Shown: positions 10,114 to 18,296 of the stretch, one piece after another
Position numbering within the stretch: the first letter of the stretch is position 1
How the letters are laid out: every line of letters starts with the position of its first letter
Virus record (IMG/VR): IMGVR_UViG_3300020400_000029
Location: 1-27,591 of that record
DNA: 27,591 nucleotides
Source of the DNA: a virus
Lineage: Duplodnaviria > Caudoviricetes
Strand: one strand, 5' to 3'
The notes under the pieces: model-generated
The model's database searches: none
What the model saw: the letters and a program-made list of their open reading frames with translations, nothing else
Told to the model about the DNA's origin: nothing
Translations under genes and position numbers: made by a program

Positions 10114-10764
10114 TTAGTTTACACTTCCTTCAGTTGTTGCATTTGTATTATCAACAATTCTAAAAATGTTCTTTTTACCATCAGTAGTTCCTACTGAAGC
10201 AGCAGCACTGTCTGGTACAAGAAGCTTAAACTCAGTGGCTAAAAGCACTTTTTGAGGTGCTTTTTGTTGTGCCATTGAGAAAGCTCCAACATTAATAGCT
10301 CTAGGTATTTGTAAATGCCTGATAGCACCGCTTGGTCCTTCAGTCACTAACAAAAGTGCTTTCTCAGTAAAGCCGTCTGTTGCTGGTGGTACTAATGAAT
10401 CAAAACCAGACGCAAAGTCTGTATCATTTTCTGTAATTGTACCGCCACCAAAGGCTTCTTTTATATTGGTTAAACTTGCTTGTGCAAGAGTACCAGTAAG
10501 TCTTATCTCTTGAGCAGATTTAACTGATTTAATAGGATCAATTTCTTCTGCAACCATGATATCTTCGAAAGTTTTATCATATTCTAGAGTCCAACCGTCT
10601 TCTGAGAAACCAACATCAGTCCATCCAGACGCATTAGCAGCCCATTGGGTTGCTGTACTAGAGTCCTGTGCAGGAAATGCAGTACCTTTTGCAGCAACAT
10701 AGAGAACACCTGTTCCTATGAGTACATCGGATACTGTACCTGTTGTATTATATGTTGTTGGCAT
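10114..10764 (-). CDS. Major tail (tube) protein
   Basis: 216 aa. G.LYVAAKGTAFP..WTDVGFSEDG is typical of actinophage tail tubes. RBS TAGGAG and expected synteny. Confidence 0.88.
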   Translation of the reverse strand: MPTTYNTTGTVSDVLIGTGVLYVAAKGTAFPAQDSSTATQWAANASGWTDVGFSEDGWTLEYDKTFEDIMVAEEIDPIKSVKSAQEIRLTGTLAQASLTNIKEAFGGGTITENDTDFASGFDSLVPPATDGFTEKALLLVTEGPSGAIRHLQIPRAINVGAFSMAQQKAPQKVLLATEFKLLVPDSAAASVGTTDGKKNIFRIVDNTNATTEGSVN

Positions 10765-10784
10765 ATATTTCTCCTAACTTATTA

Positions 10785-10802
10785 ATTAGTTGTACAACTA
10801 AT
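10785..10802. repeat. Perfect 18-bp palindrome ATTAGTTGTACAACTAAT
   Basis: Intergenic, about 10 nt upstream of the major tail RBS. Confidence 0.8.
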
Positions 10803-10814
10803 CTTTTGACTAGT

Positions 10815-11123
10815 TTATTCTTCTTCAGTTCCATACCAATCTTCAGAAGGTTCGTCAGCTTCCTCATCGCTTTCTATATTTGAATTGTCTTCATTTATAT
10901 CAGTCTGAATGACTGGTTTTATCTCCCAATCTGATCCTTCTTCGATAAGCATTGGTATAGAATACTCACCGTTCCACATACGACCAGTTGATTCTTGGAG
11001 TCTTTTCCAGTCACTCCCATTAACTTCCGTCCATTCGTTTTTGGTAAATGTTACACCCAATATTTCATCGCCAACTGCGTCAGCGTCATACACTGGGTTA
11101 ACTTTAACTTTTATTTTTGCCAT
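10815..11123 (-). CDS. Acidic hypothetical protein in the tail module
   Basis: 102 aa, RBS GAGGT, D/E-rich C-terminus. Confidence 0.75.
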   Translation of the reverse strand: MAKIKVKVNPVYDADAVGDEILGVTFTKNEWTEVNGSDWKRLQESTGRMWNGEYSIPMLIEEGSDWEIKPVIQTDINEDNSNIESDEEADEPSEDWYGTEEE

Positions 11124-11171
11124 AATTTACCTCATACTTATATTAGTTTAAAAGAGGTTTGTAATGAGTAT

Positions 11172-11648
11172 TTAGGAAGAAGCTCTATATGTCATATCAG
11201 CAACTATTTCAAAGTTAGCTAATAATAATTCAGGCTCTTCTATTCTTGTAGGAGTCAAAGTAACTGTATATCCGTATATGTGTGCCTTTGTACCACCTGA
11301 AGTAGTAACTTGATTATTAGATTCAATAATTAATTCTTTAAAAACTGCTTGAGCTAGATTACTTGCCGATGTAAAGTCAGGTTCTCCTTTAGATCCTGAA
11401 CCACCATATCTTCCAGCATAAGCATTAAAAACTATCGAATTTGAATTTATTGTGGCTTGTGAATCAGATGAAATAAGTGAACCACCTGCATTTGTTATAA
11501 CTAAAAAAGGTAAAGTAGGATTTTGTGGTAGTCTTGTTGCTACTCTTGTACCAACTAAATCAGTAATAGAGGTTTTTTCAAGACACCATGCTCTAGCAAT
11601 TATTTCAGGATCAGGTGGCATATTGGAAGCGCTAATTAAACCTGTCAT
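11172..11648 (-). CDS. Tail terminator protein
   Basis: 158 aa. ITDLVGTRVATRLPQNPTLPFLVI pattern, located upstream of the major tail gene. Confidence 0.75.
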   Translation of the reverse strand: MTGLISASNMPPDPEIIARAWCLEKTSITDLVGTRVATRLPQNPTLPFLVITNAGGSLISSDSQATINSNSIVFNAYAGRYGGSGSKGEPDFTSASNLAQAVFKELIIESNNQVTTSGGTKAHIYGYTVTLTPTRIEEPELLLANFEIVADMTYRASS

Positions 11649-12616
11649 TATTCTGGTGTTCCTAACGGATCCTCTACTTTATTTTCTGCTGATAATTCAA
11701 AGCTAGAAGTTGATGGTGGTGGAGGTTGAAGCTCATCGATTGGAATACTACTTACTTTATAGCTAGTCCCATTTACTAAGATATCTAAATCTCCTGGTAA
11801 TGTTGATCTCAAACCAGTTTCGACTGCATATTTAAACCAATGTCTTTTTCTTGGAGGTATAAATTTACCTGGAGCAAAATCATAAAAACCACCATATACT
11901 GTTTTCCACCAGTAAGGTGCTTTATCAGCAATAGGTCCAGCATTAGCTTTCGAACTACCAACTGTTAAAGTGCCTTGTATAAGTCCATCACCAAAACTTG
12001 TAAACCCTCTCAAATTTATTGATCTTCTTAAGTTTCCAGTATCAATAGGAGCGTTACCTTTTGTTGGTCCCCTACCAATCATATTTTTTTGTATGGCAGA
12101 TAGAATATTTGCAGGATTAAATTGTTTAACATCAACACCCATGTCTATAAGTTGTGAACTAGATCTTTTGAATTGATTTGTAACACTTCTTTTATCAGCA
12201 CCTTTTAATTCTTGTTTTGCTACTTGAGTAAGAGCACCACCATTAATTTTTACTCTATATCTAACTTTTTCGTTAAAATAATTATTCATACTTTTGGTTA
12301 GAAATCTACCATAAAATCTGTTCATCATACGAGATACAAAACCTAAACCTTGAGGTATTACTATGTGACCAACTCTACCAGCAAATCTACCTGCTATTCT
12401 TCTTCTTAATCTTAAATCAATACCTTGTCCTCTAGGTCCTAAAGATCTTAAATCACCCATTAATTTTGCAACTTGCAAACCAGGACCTCTTAAACCTCTT
12501 GCTAAATCATCTAAAACACCTATAGATATTAAATCACCAGTAGCAAAAGGTTTTGCAGATGCTTGATAAAAAATATTGCGAAATCTGTTAAAACTTGATG
12601 GATTAATCTGAGCCAT
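11648..12616 (-). CDS. HK97 gp10-like neck/tail-completion protein with Arg-rich N-terminal extension
   Basis: APIDTGNLRRSI motif and synteny between head closure and terminator. At 322 aa it is long for this family. Confidence 0.7.
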   Translation of the reverse strand: MAQINPSSFNRFRNIFYQASAKPFATGDLISIGVLDDLARGLRGPGLQVAKLMGDLRSLGPRGQGIDLRLRRRIAGRFAGRVGHIVIPQGLGFVSRMMNRFYGRFLTKSMNNYFNEKVRYRVKINGGALTQVAKQELKGADKRSVTNQFKRSSSQLIDMGVDVKQFNPANILSAIQKNMIGRGPTKGNAPIDTGNLRRSINLRGFTSFGDGLIQGTLTVGSSKANAGPIADKAPYWWKTVYGGFYDFAPGKFIPPRKRHWFKYAVETGLRSTLPGDLDILVNGTSYKVSSIPIDELQPPPPSTSSFELSAENKVEDPLGTPE

Positions 12617-12951
12617 TAAAAACTCCTTCTAAGTCTAAGTTTTTTTATGACTGCTATACCAAATCTATCTTTCATTTCTTCTACACCTAAAATATCAAAA
12701 TTTTGAGAACTAATGACTGCTCTATCAGAAGTTTTTACAGAGGTATCACCTGGTATGTAACAATCAAATTCTGAGATATCAAGATTTCTAGACTCCTCTT
12801 CTTCATCTGAGTCAAGTGTTGTTAATCTACATTTTACAGTAGAACTATCAGCAAAGTTTGAACTAAATAATCCTCTTTCATCAACAGAGCTTGTTGACAT
12901 TGTTTGTAATGTCAGGTCTTCTTTTAAATAGCTTTGATAATCGTATGACAT
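12616..12951 (-). CDS. Head closure/stopper protein (SPP1 gp16-like)
   Basis: 111 aa, beta-rich. DERG..VKCRL..VKTSDRAVI..FDILGV. Confidence 0.75.
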   Translation of the reverse strand: MSYDYQSYLKEDLTLQTMSTSSVDERGLFSSNFADSSTVKCRLTTLDSDEEEESRNLDISEFDCYIPGDTSVKTSDRAVISSQNFDILGVEEMKDRFGIAVIKKLRLRRSF

Positions 12952-12981
12952 ACTTATACTTTACTAGAATTTAAAATAGAT

Positions 12982-13515
12982 TTAGTCATCTAGTTTTTCT
13001 CTTAACTTTTTTATTAAATCTTGTTTTTTTTTAATTTCATTTAATTTTTCAGATGGATTGTTGAAACAATTTTTACAAATTTTTTTTCTTCCATCTTTAT
13101 ACTTTTGTGTTACATCAAATAAATTTATAGGCAAAAGTTCACCACATCTTTTACATTGTTTTTCATCTGGAGACCATTCTTTATTTTTTACATATTGTTG
13201 AGCCTCTAATACTCCTAAATATATAGCAGGATCAGTTTTCATCCATGTCAAAAATTTTTCCAAGCCAATAGGTAAATCATCATACAAGTTTCTTACTGTA
13301 AGAGAAAAGTCTCCAGATCTTATCCGATCAATTATTATTCTTGCTGTACCATGATCTATGCTTGATATTGGTGGAAAACCAGCTTGCTCTCTTAATTGTC
13401 TGACTCTTTCATGTGAACAATCCCATTCTTGCGCCCATTCAGATAATGGTTTCCAGGGATCATTACTAAATAATTCAAAGGCTTGTTCTACTGATGGTAT
13501 TTTTCTACTAGGCAC
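12982..13515 (-). CDS. HTH plus Cys4 zinc-finger DNA-binding protein
   Basis: LSEWAQEWDCSHERVRQL resembles a sigma region-4 HTH. CKRC..CKNC. Likely GTG start at 13515 overlapping the WhiB stop. Confidence 0.7.
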   Translation of the reverse strand: MPSRKIPSVEQAFELFSNDPWKPLSEWAQEWDCSHERVRQLREQAGFPPISSIDHGTARIIIDRIRSGDFSLTVRNLYDDLPIGLEKFLTWMKTDPAIYLGVLEAQQYVKNKEWSPDEKQCKRCGELLPINLFDVTQKYKDGRKKICKNCFNNPSEKLNEIKKKQDLIKKLREKLDD

Positions 13516-13795
13516 TGTTTCTCTTTCTTGTAAGGCCTCTCTCTTTTCTAATTTTTCTTCTTTCTCTCTCTGAAAGTCCTCCCCAAATTCCAAACTTTTC
13601 GGCATTCACAATTGCATACTCTAAACAATATTCTTGAACCTCACAGGCATTACAAATCTCTTTTGCTTTTCTTGTTGATGCTCCTCTATTTGGGAAAAAT
13701 AAATCTGGATCTTTGTCTTTGCAATTTGCATCTTCTTGCCACCAAAGTTCTTGTAGTCTTAATAGATTATTTAAAGATGCCTGTTTATATTCCAT
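13508..13795 (-). CDS. whiB: WhiB-family Fe-S transcription factor
   Basis: ANCKDKDPDLFFP..AKEICNACEVQEYCLEYA..FGIWGGLSERERRKI: four Cys plus the GIWGG turn. Confidence 0.96.
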   Translation of the reverse strand: MEYKQASLNNLLRLQELWWQEDANCKDKDPDLFFPNRGASTRKAKEICNACEVQEYCLEYAIVNAEKFGIWGGLSERERRKIRKERGLTRKRNSA

Positions 13796-13941
13796 TGCTC
13801 ACCAGAGATAATCTCACCAAATTTTGTATTAATTATCTCTTCTTGGAATACTCTATTTCTTGTATATTCATTTAGATGAGCTGACATTAGACCATGGTAA
13901 TTTAGAAATCCAATGAGCCATGTATAGGTTACTAAATCCAT
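13771..13941 (-). CDS. 56-aa hypothetical protein
   Basis: MDLVTYTWLIGFLNYHGLMSAHLNEYTRNRVFQEEIINTKFGEIISGEQWNINRHL*. TGATG coupling to the connector gene, fills the gap before whiB. Confidence 0.6.
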   Translation of the reverse strand: MDLVTYTWLIGFLNYHGLMSAHLNEYTRNRVFQEEIINTKFGEIISGEQWNINRHL

Positions 13942-14579
13942 CAAACTAAAACCTGTTTTTTGTATGGTGAAAGTAGCATCTTGTCTGATGTTTTAAGTAA
14001 GTCTCCATCAAAATAAGCTAGAGGATCAGCAAACTGAACCGTAAGATCGCCTATTCTTTCTTCTAAGACTATTGCCATATCTGCCCCATCGGTCGAATCT
14101 GCTAAATGGGTATCTACGGCACCTGCCTTAGCTTGACTACCCAAATTCAAAGCCGACAAAACCATTCTGGCAGATATTCTTGCGCTTGTAAATCTTATAT
14201 CTTCAGGAATTGTTCCATATCCAGCATTATAAACTACTGTTATATTTCTTGGTTTTGAGCCAGACCATCTACTTAAAACTCTCTCTAGTCTTCCATTAGG
14301 ATGAACAACAAAATCATTATCATTTCCTTCTGTTAATGTTTGTCCATCTTCAACAATTGAAGTAATAGAATTTATAGGTAAGTTTTTAAGTGATAATTCT
14401 CTCATATTGTTACCAAATAAAACTTCTGTGTGGTTAGTTTGTTCTATTTCATAACCAATATAAGTTTTTATAATTTTGTCGGAGTAAGGTATAAAATTAT
14501 TTGTTATTGATGTTTGTACAGTAGAACTAAAGTCGATGCCTACAATAGCTTCTACATCAGAAAATGAGCAAAGAGCCAT
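13941..14579 (-). CDS. Head-tail connector/adaptor (gp6/gp15-like)
   Basis: 212 aa. LKNLPINSITSI..ITVVYNAGY..IPEDI..ERIGD..LLSPYK. RBS AAGGAG. Confidence 0.85.
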   Translation of the reverse strand: MALCSFSDVEAIVGIDFSSTVQTSITNNFIPYSDKIIKTYIGYEIEQTNHTEVLFGNNMRELSLKNLPINSITSIVEDGQTLTEGNDNDFVVHPNGRLERVLSRWSGSKPRNITVVYNAGYGTIPEDIRFTSARISARMVLSALNLGSQAKAGAVDTHLADSTDGADMAIVLEERIGDLTVQFADPLAYFDGDLLKTSDKMLLSPYKKQVLV

Positions 14580-14588
14580 TTGGACTCC

Positions 14589-14846
14589 TTACTTATTTTC
14601 TTTAGGCTTAACTGCTTTAGTTTCTACTTTTTTCTTAGCTGCTTCTTTTTTTGCAGGAGCTTTTTTCTTAGCAGGAGCTTTCTTACCCCAACCTTTTTCT
14701 TTCAAAAAAGACTCTGGGTATTCAAATCCAGCTTTTGCAATTAAATCAGCATTTGCTTTTGGAAGTTCTGATACAGGACCTTCCCAAATGGTTCCGTCTT
14801 GTAATTTCCAAATAGATTTTTCTGGTTTTATAAATTTTTCACTCAT
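14589..14846 (-). CDS. Small basic protein with PAKK repeats, downstream of the capsid gene
   Basis: 85 aa. KKAPAKKKAPAKKEAAKKK..KAVKPKENK. Confidence 0.8.
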   Translation of the reverse strand: MSEKFIKPEKSIWKLQDGTIWEGPVSELPKANADLIAKAGFEYPESFLKEKGWGKKAPAKKKAPAKKEAAKKKVETKAVKPKENK

Positions 14847-14862
14847 AGTTAATTATCCTAAT

Positions 14863-14928
14863 CTATCTTTTTCTTTTCTTTGGCTTTTTCTTTTTCTTTG
14901 GTTTTCTCATACCGTAATGATAAGGCAT
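14863..14928 (-). CDS. 21-aa highly basic micropeptide
   Basis: MPYHYGMRKPKKKKKPKKRKR*, with TAGGAG 6 nt upstream of the ATG. Confidence 0.65.
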   Translation of the reverse strand: MPYHYGMRKPKKKKKPKKRKR

Positions 14929-14945
14929 TTTTATCTCCTAATGTT

Positions 14946-14980
14946 AAAAAATATGGGGGTTAAAAATAACCCCCATATTT
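14946..14980 (-). terminator. Intrinsic terminator after the major capsid gene
   Basis: Inverted repeat AAATATGGGGGTTA / TAACCCCCATATTT with a 4-nt loop, followed by a T run on the minus strand. Confidence 0.85.
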
Positions 14981-14994
14981 AAAATGTAAATTTA

Positions 14995-16233
14995 TTACAT
15001 ATTTTCTATCTTGTGGAAAGCTGCTTGTCTGTAAACAGGGAAACCGACACGCATTGTTGCTCTAATCACCATGATATTCTTTGTAAAGTTCTCACCATGA
15101 CTATCACTAACTGCGATATCCATTCCTTGTCTCATGACAACATGTGCTGCTTCACCGCCGCCGAACTTACCGACTAACACAGTGTTAGCTGGCATAGCTG
15201 TTGTAGGTACAACATTTAGACCCCAAAGCTGGTTAGCGACACCGCCACCATAACCGCCAGCAGTTGTGAACACGCCTCTTTTAGCTGCGAGTCCTGCTGA
15301 TGCAGTTCCTTGGAAGTCTACATCGACTTGTGTAACAATTTGCGCCCAGTCATTTGGGTGCATAATGATTGCATCTGGCTCTGTAAATGCGTTTACTCTT
15401 ATGTCAGTAATTGCATTGTATACAGATCCAATTCTTCCTAAGTTACCACTGTAACTGTTGTGATCGGAAGAACCAACGCTTGATTTACCAGCATCTAAAA
15501 GTCCTTCAAGGTTAGGTGATGTACCGTTACCTGAAAGAAGCTGACTGTCTAATCTTAATCTGATCATTGTTTGTAGTCTTGAGTTCAAATATCCCTCTAA
15601 GCCTGCAACATCTTGCATAAGTTCATCAGTCACTGGTATGTTTACACCAAGCTTTGAAATGGTTGCTGTTCTTTCGGTGAAAGCGAGTGCTGCTTCACCA
15701 ACTGCTGCTGCCTCTGCGGCTTCTGCTGCGTTGTTAGTGAAAGTTGTTTCCTCAAGATACACAAAAGCGTTTTGATCAGTTTGTAGCTGATCAAACAAAT
15801 TAATAACAGTATTTGGATCTCTTAAAGCTGTCTCTAAGATACCTGGTTGTCTTGAAGACTCAGGTGGATATCCAGTTGTTGTTAAGTTTGTTTTCATTTC
15901 AAAAGGAATTGTGCTTTGAATATTCTTAGCACCATTCTCTGTGTAAGCTTTGTAAGCTGCTGATTTAAGTACTTCTGCTCCAAAAGATTCAGCTTGTGGC
16001 TGTTCTGATGGGGTAGGAATACTTGCAACTGCTCCGTCAGAAGCGTCTAATTTAGACTTTGCTTCTGCTACTTTAAGATCATCTCTTAAAGAAGCTAGCT
16101 CTTCATTTCTTTCAATGACAGCATTTTTTTGCTCTGGAGTAGATGGTCCTTCTTGCTCAGCAATCTCTGTAAAGAGACCTTTGAGTTCTTCGGACTTTGC
16201 AACTATTTGCTCACGAACTTCTTTTACTTCCAT
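14995..16233 (-). CDS. Major capsid protein, HK97 fold
   Basis: 412 aa. N-terminal coiled-coil delta-like domain, VTDELMQD..LDSQLLSGNGTSPNLEGLL..MHPNDW..LWGLNVV..FTKNIMVIRATMR. Confidence 0.95.
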   Translation of the reverse strand: MEVKEVREQIVAKSEELKGLFTEIAEQEGPSTPEQKNAVIERNEELASLRDDLKVAEAKSKLDASDGAVASIPTPSEQPQAESFGAEVLKSAAYKAYTENGAKNIQSTIPFEMKTNLTTTGYPPESSRQPGILETALRDPNTVINLFDQLQTDQNAFVYLEETTFTNNAAEAAEAAAVGEAALAFTERTATISKLGVNIPVTDELMQDVAGLEGYLNSRLQTMIRLRLDSQLLSGNGTSPNLEGLLDAGKSSVGSSDHNSYSGNLGRIGSVYNAITDIRVNAFTEPDAIIMHPNDWAQIVTQVDVDFQGTASAGLAAKRGVFTTAGGYGGGVANQLWGLNVVPTTAMPANTVLVGKFGGGEAAHVVMRQGMDIAVSDSHGENFTKNIMVIRATMRVGFPVYRQAAFHKIENM

Positions 16234-16251
16234 TCGTATCTCCTAATTAAA

Positions 16252-17733
16252 TTACTCGTTTTCTTCTTCTATTTCTATGTCGGTTAATATTGCGTCAGTA
16301 ACAATCTGTTGACTCTCAAGCCAAAGATCGTCAAGCTCATTATCTACTTCATCTTCAGTAGTTTCTAAAACTTCATCTACTGGTACCTCTTCTTCAGTCT
16401 CTCTTTCGTTCTCTTCTTCGGTATCTTCTTCAGGTTCTTCAGGAGATTCCTCATTCACAACCTCTTCAGTTACCGATTCAGTTTCCTCTAGTTCAACTTC
16501 AGCTTTTGGTTCCTCAACTGCTGTTTCTTCAACTACTTGTGCTTCTGTTTCCAATGCACCCTCCGTTCCAAATTCATCAACGAATTTATCTAGTTCATCA
16601 AAAGCATCTTGGACACTTTCTTGAACTTGTCTGAGAGCCTCTGTTGCTGAAACCCCCAACTTCCTTCCATTCTTTTTCCTGAGTTCTCCTATAGATTGAA
16701 CTCTGGCAACGAGGTTATTTAATGCTGCAAGCACATCTTTTACCTCATCAGAAAAGCGTTTACCTTGCACGCTGGCACTCTTTTCTGAAACTTTTTCTTG
16801 ATCCTCAGATTTTGGTTGTGGATCAATTAGTAAATCTCTTATTTCATTAATTTCTTTTGCTACAGTTGTGAGTTTATCTACCCACCAACTTGGTAAATCA
16901 GCATTTTCATCTGTTGGCATTGAAGCAAGAATTTGTTTCATATCTTCTGCTATTTGTCCTAAAGCTTGCATTGAAGTATGTTGCGGTGTATGACCTTTGC
17001 CTTTTGGAGTATCAGATTCTTCTCCAACAGCAGCATCATATTCTGCATGTGTTTTGCAAGGCATAAAAACAGTTTTACCATCATCTGTTTTATGTGTATG
17101 CACACCTATAGCACAAGATAAATCTTTAGATCTTTCCATAGCTTCTCCAGGATTATCAAAAACATCTTCTGTTCTGACTGCTTTAACTTGTTCTATGTTG
17201 TCATCAGATACTTCAATTGATTGCATTATTTTACCCTCAGTTTCTTTATCACTTTTTATTGCCATTGTAAAAGTATCTTGATTTGCACCTACAAGGACTG
17301 GTGAGACTTCATATACAGATAAATTTTTAAGATATCTTACATCTATTTCTTCTTCCGCACTTTTTTTCCATTTGCCATATTCTGAATCGTTAACTTTGAA
17401 ACCAAAAGACCATTGTTGTAAGTCTCCCATATTTTTTACTAAGTTATAAGCTTCTTTACCACTCTCTGTATCCATAAAAAATGATCCGTCAAAATATGCT
17501 TTATCGTTATCTTTTTTTATAGTTCCTTTACCAATTGGCATATCCCATTTGTGAGACCATACCATAGGCACATCTCCAGATTTAAAACCAGAGTTTATAG
17601 CATCAGGCAATACGACATCACCATCACTATCTAGATTATTAAATACAGAGAATACTGCTTTTACTTGACCTTTTGATTCCCCATCAGTTTTGAGCTCGAA
17701 CTCAATATTTTTTATTTCTTTGTCTTCAGACAT
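16252..17733 (-). CDS. HK97-family prohead protease with long modular/acidic C-terminal extension
   Basis: SVFNNLDSDGDVV..MVWSHKW..PIG..WSFGF..LSVYEVSPVLVGAN, followed by about 330 extra aa. RBS GAGGT. Confidence 0.92.
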   Translation of the reverse strand: MSEDKEIKNIEFELKTDGESKGQVKAVFSVFNNLDSDGDVVLPDAINSGFKSGDVPMVWSHKWDMPIGKGTIKKDNDKAYFDGSFFMDTESGKEAYNLVKNMGDLQQWSFGFKVNDSEYGKWKKSAEEEIDVRYLKNLSVYEVSPVLVGANQDTFTMAIKSDKETEGKIMQSIEVSDDNIEQVKAVRTEDVFDNPGEAMERSKDLSCAIGVHTHKTDDGKTVFMPCKTHAEYDAAVGEESDTPKGKGHTPQHTSMQALGQIAEDMKQILASMPTDENADLPSWWVDKLTTVAKEINEIRDLLIDPQPKSEDQEKVSEKSASVQGKRFSDEVKDVLAALNNLVARVQSIGELRKKNGRKLGVSATEALRQVQESVQDAFDELDKFVDEFGTEGALETEAQVVEETAVEEPKAEVELEETESVTEEVVNEESPEEPEEDTEEENERETEEEVPVDEVLETTEDEVDNELDDLWLESQQIVTDAILTDIEIEEENE

Positions 17734-17853
17734 ATAGCGCTACCTCATCCTAAAATTTTATTCAATTCGGTGCGCACAATCTAATAATAACTAATTATGA
17801 AACAAAATAGCGTATTTATGGTTGCCAATAAAAAAAACATTTTTGCATATCTG

Positions 17854-17862
17854 TGGTATAAT
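17854..17862 (+). promoter_or_regulatory. Extended -10 promoter TGgTATAAT, leaderless spacing
   Basis: ATG at 17869 begins 7 nt after the hexamer, with no SD. Confidence 0.65.
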
Positions 17863-17868
17863 TTTTTT

Positions 17869-18105
17869 ATGGAAAGAGAAATATCAGTAATTTCAACTTT
17901 GCATATTTCATCTGGGAGTTTTGAATTGAATGTATATTCAGATCAAACAGGTGAAGTAGAGATTTTTGGTAAACGCTTTCCAGTAAAACTAAACAATAAT
18001 AAAATAGAAATAGAAACAAATCTCAGTGCTAAACAGTTTGGTGGTGCTGAAGGAAGGGATTATTTTCTCAAATGGTTGAAAATGGAAATGATGGAGAACT
18101 GTTAA
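17869..18105 (+). CDS. Hypothetical protein, antisense to the structural operon
   Basis: MEREISVIST.., 78 aa, in the gap between portal and protease, with its own promoter. Confidence 0.65.
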   Translation: MEREISVISTLHISSGSFELNVYSDQTGEVEIFGKRFPVKLNNNKIEIETNLSAKQFGGAEGRDYFLKWLKMEMMENC

Positions 18106-18296
18106 GTGGCAACAGTGAATTCAATATGTTCATGGACTTTGTAAGTAAAGCAAATACTGAAAGTCTAAGAAATCAAATAATCGATCAATGGATGATACAT
18201 CTGAATGAATATGATCAAGATAGGCTAGTTAATAAACTTAGAAAAAGAGGTATTAACTTTGTTCCTGCCGAAAATCGTCAATTTTACGAAGTTTAG
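18072..18296 (+). CDS. Hypothetical protein
   Basis: 74 aa. Overlaps the previous ORF and the portal 3' end. GAAGGGA upstream. Confidence 0.55.
   Translation: MVENGNDGELLSGNSEFNMFMDFVSKANTESLRNQIIDQWMIHLNEYDQDRLVNKLRKRGINFVPAENRQFYEV

Noticed and set aside
13516-13605. N-terminal 30 aa of the track ORF 12982-13605
   Set aside because: It overlaps the conserved WhiB C-terminus. The GTG at 13515 is a more plausible start.
17797-17868. Upstream start of the plus-strand ORF
   Set aside because: This stretch contains the promoter, and the ATG at 17869 fits leaderless spacing.
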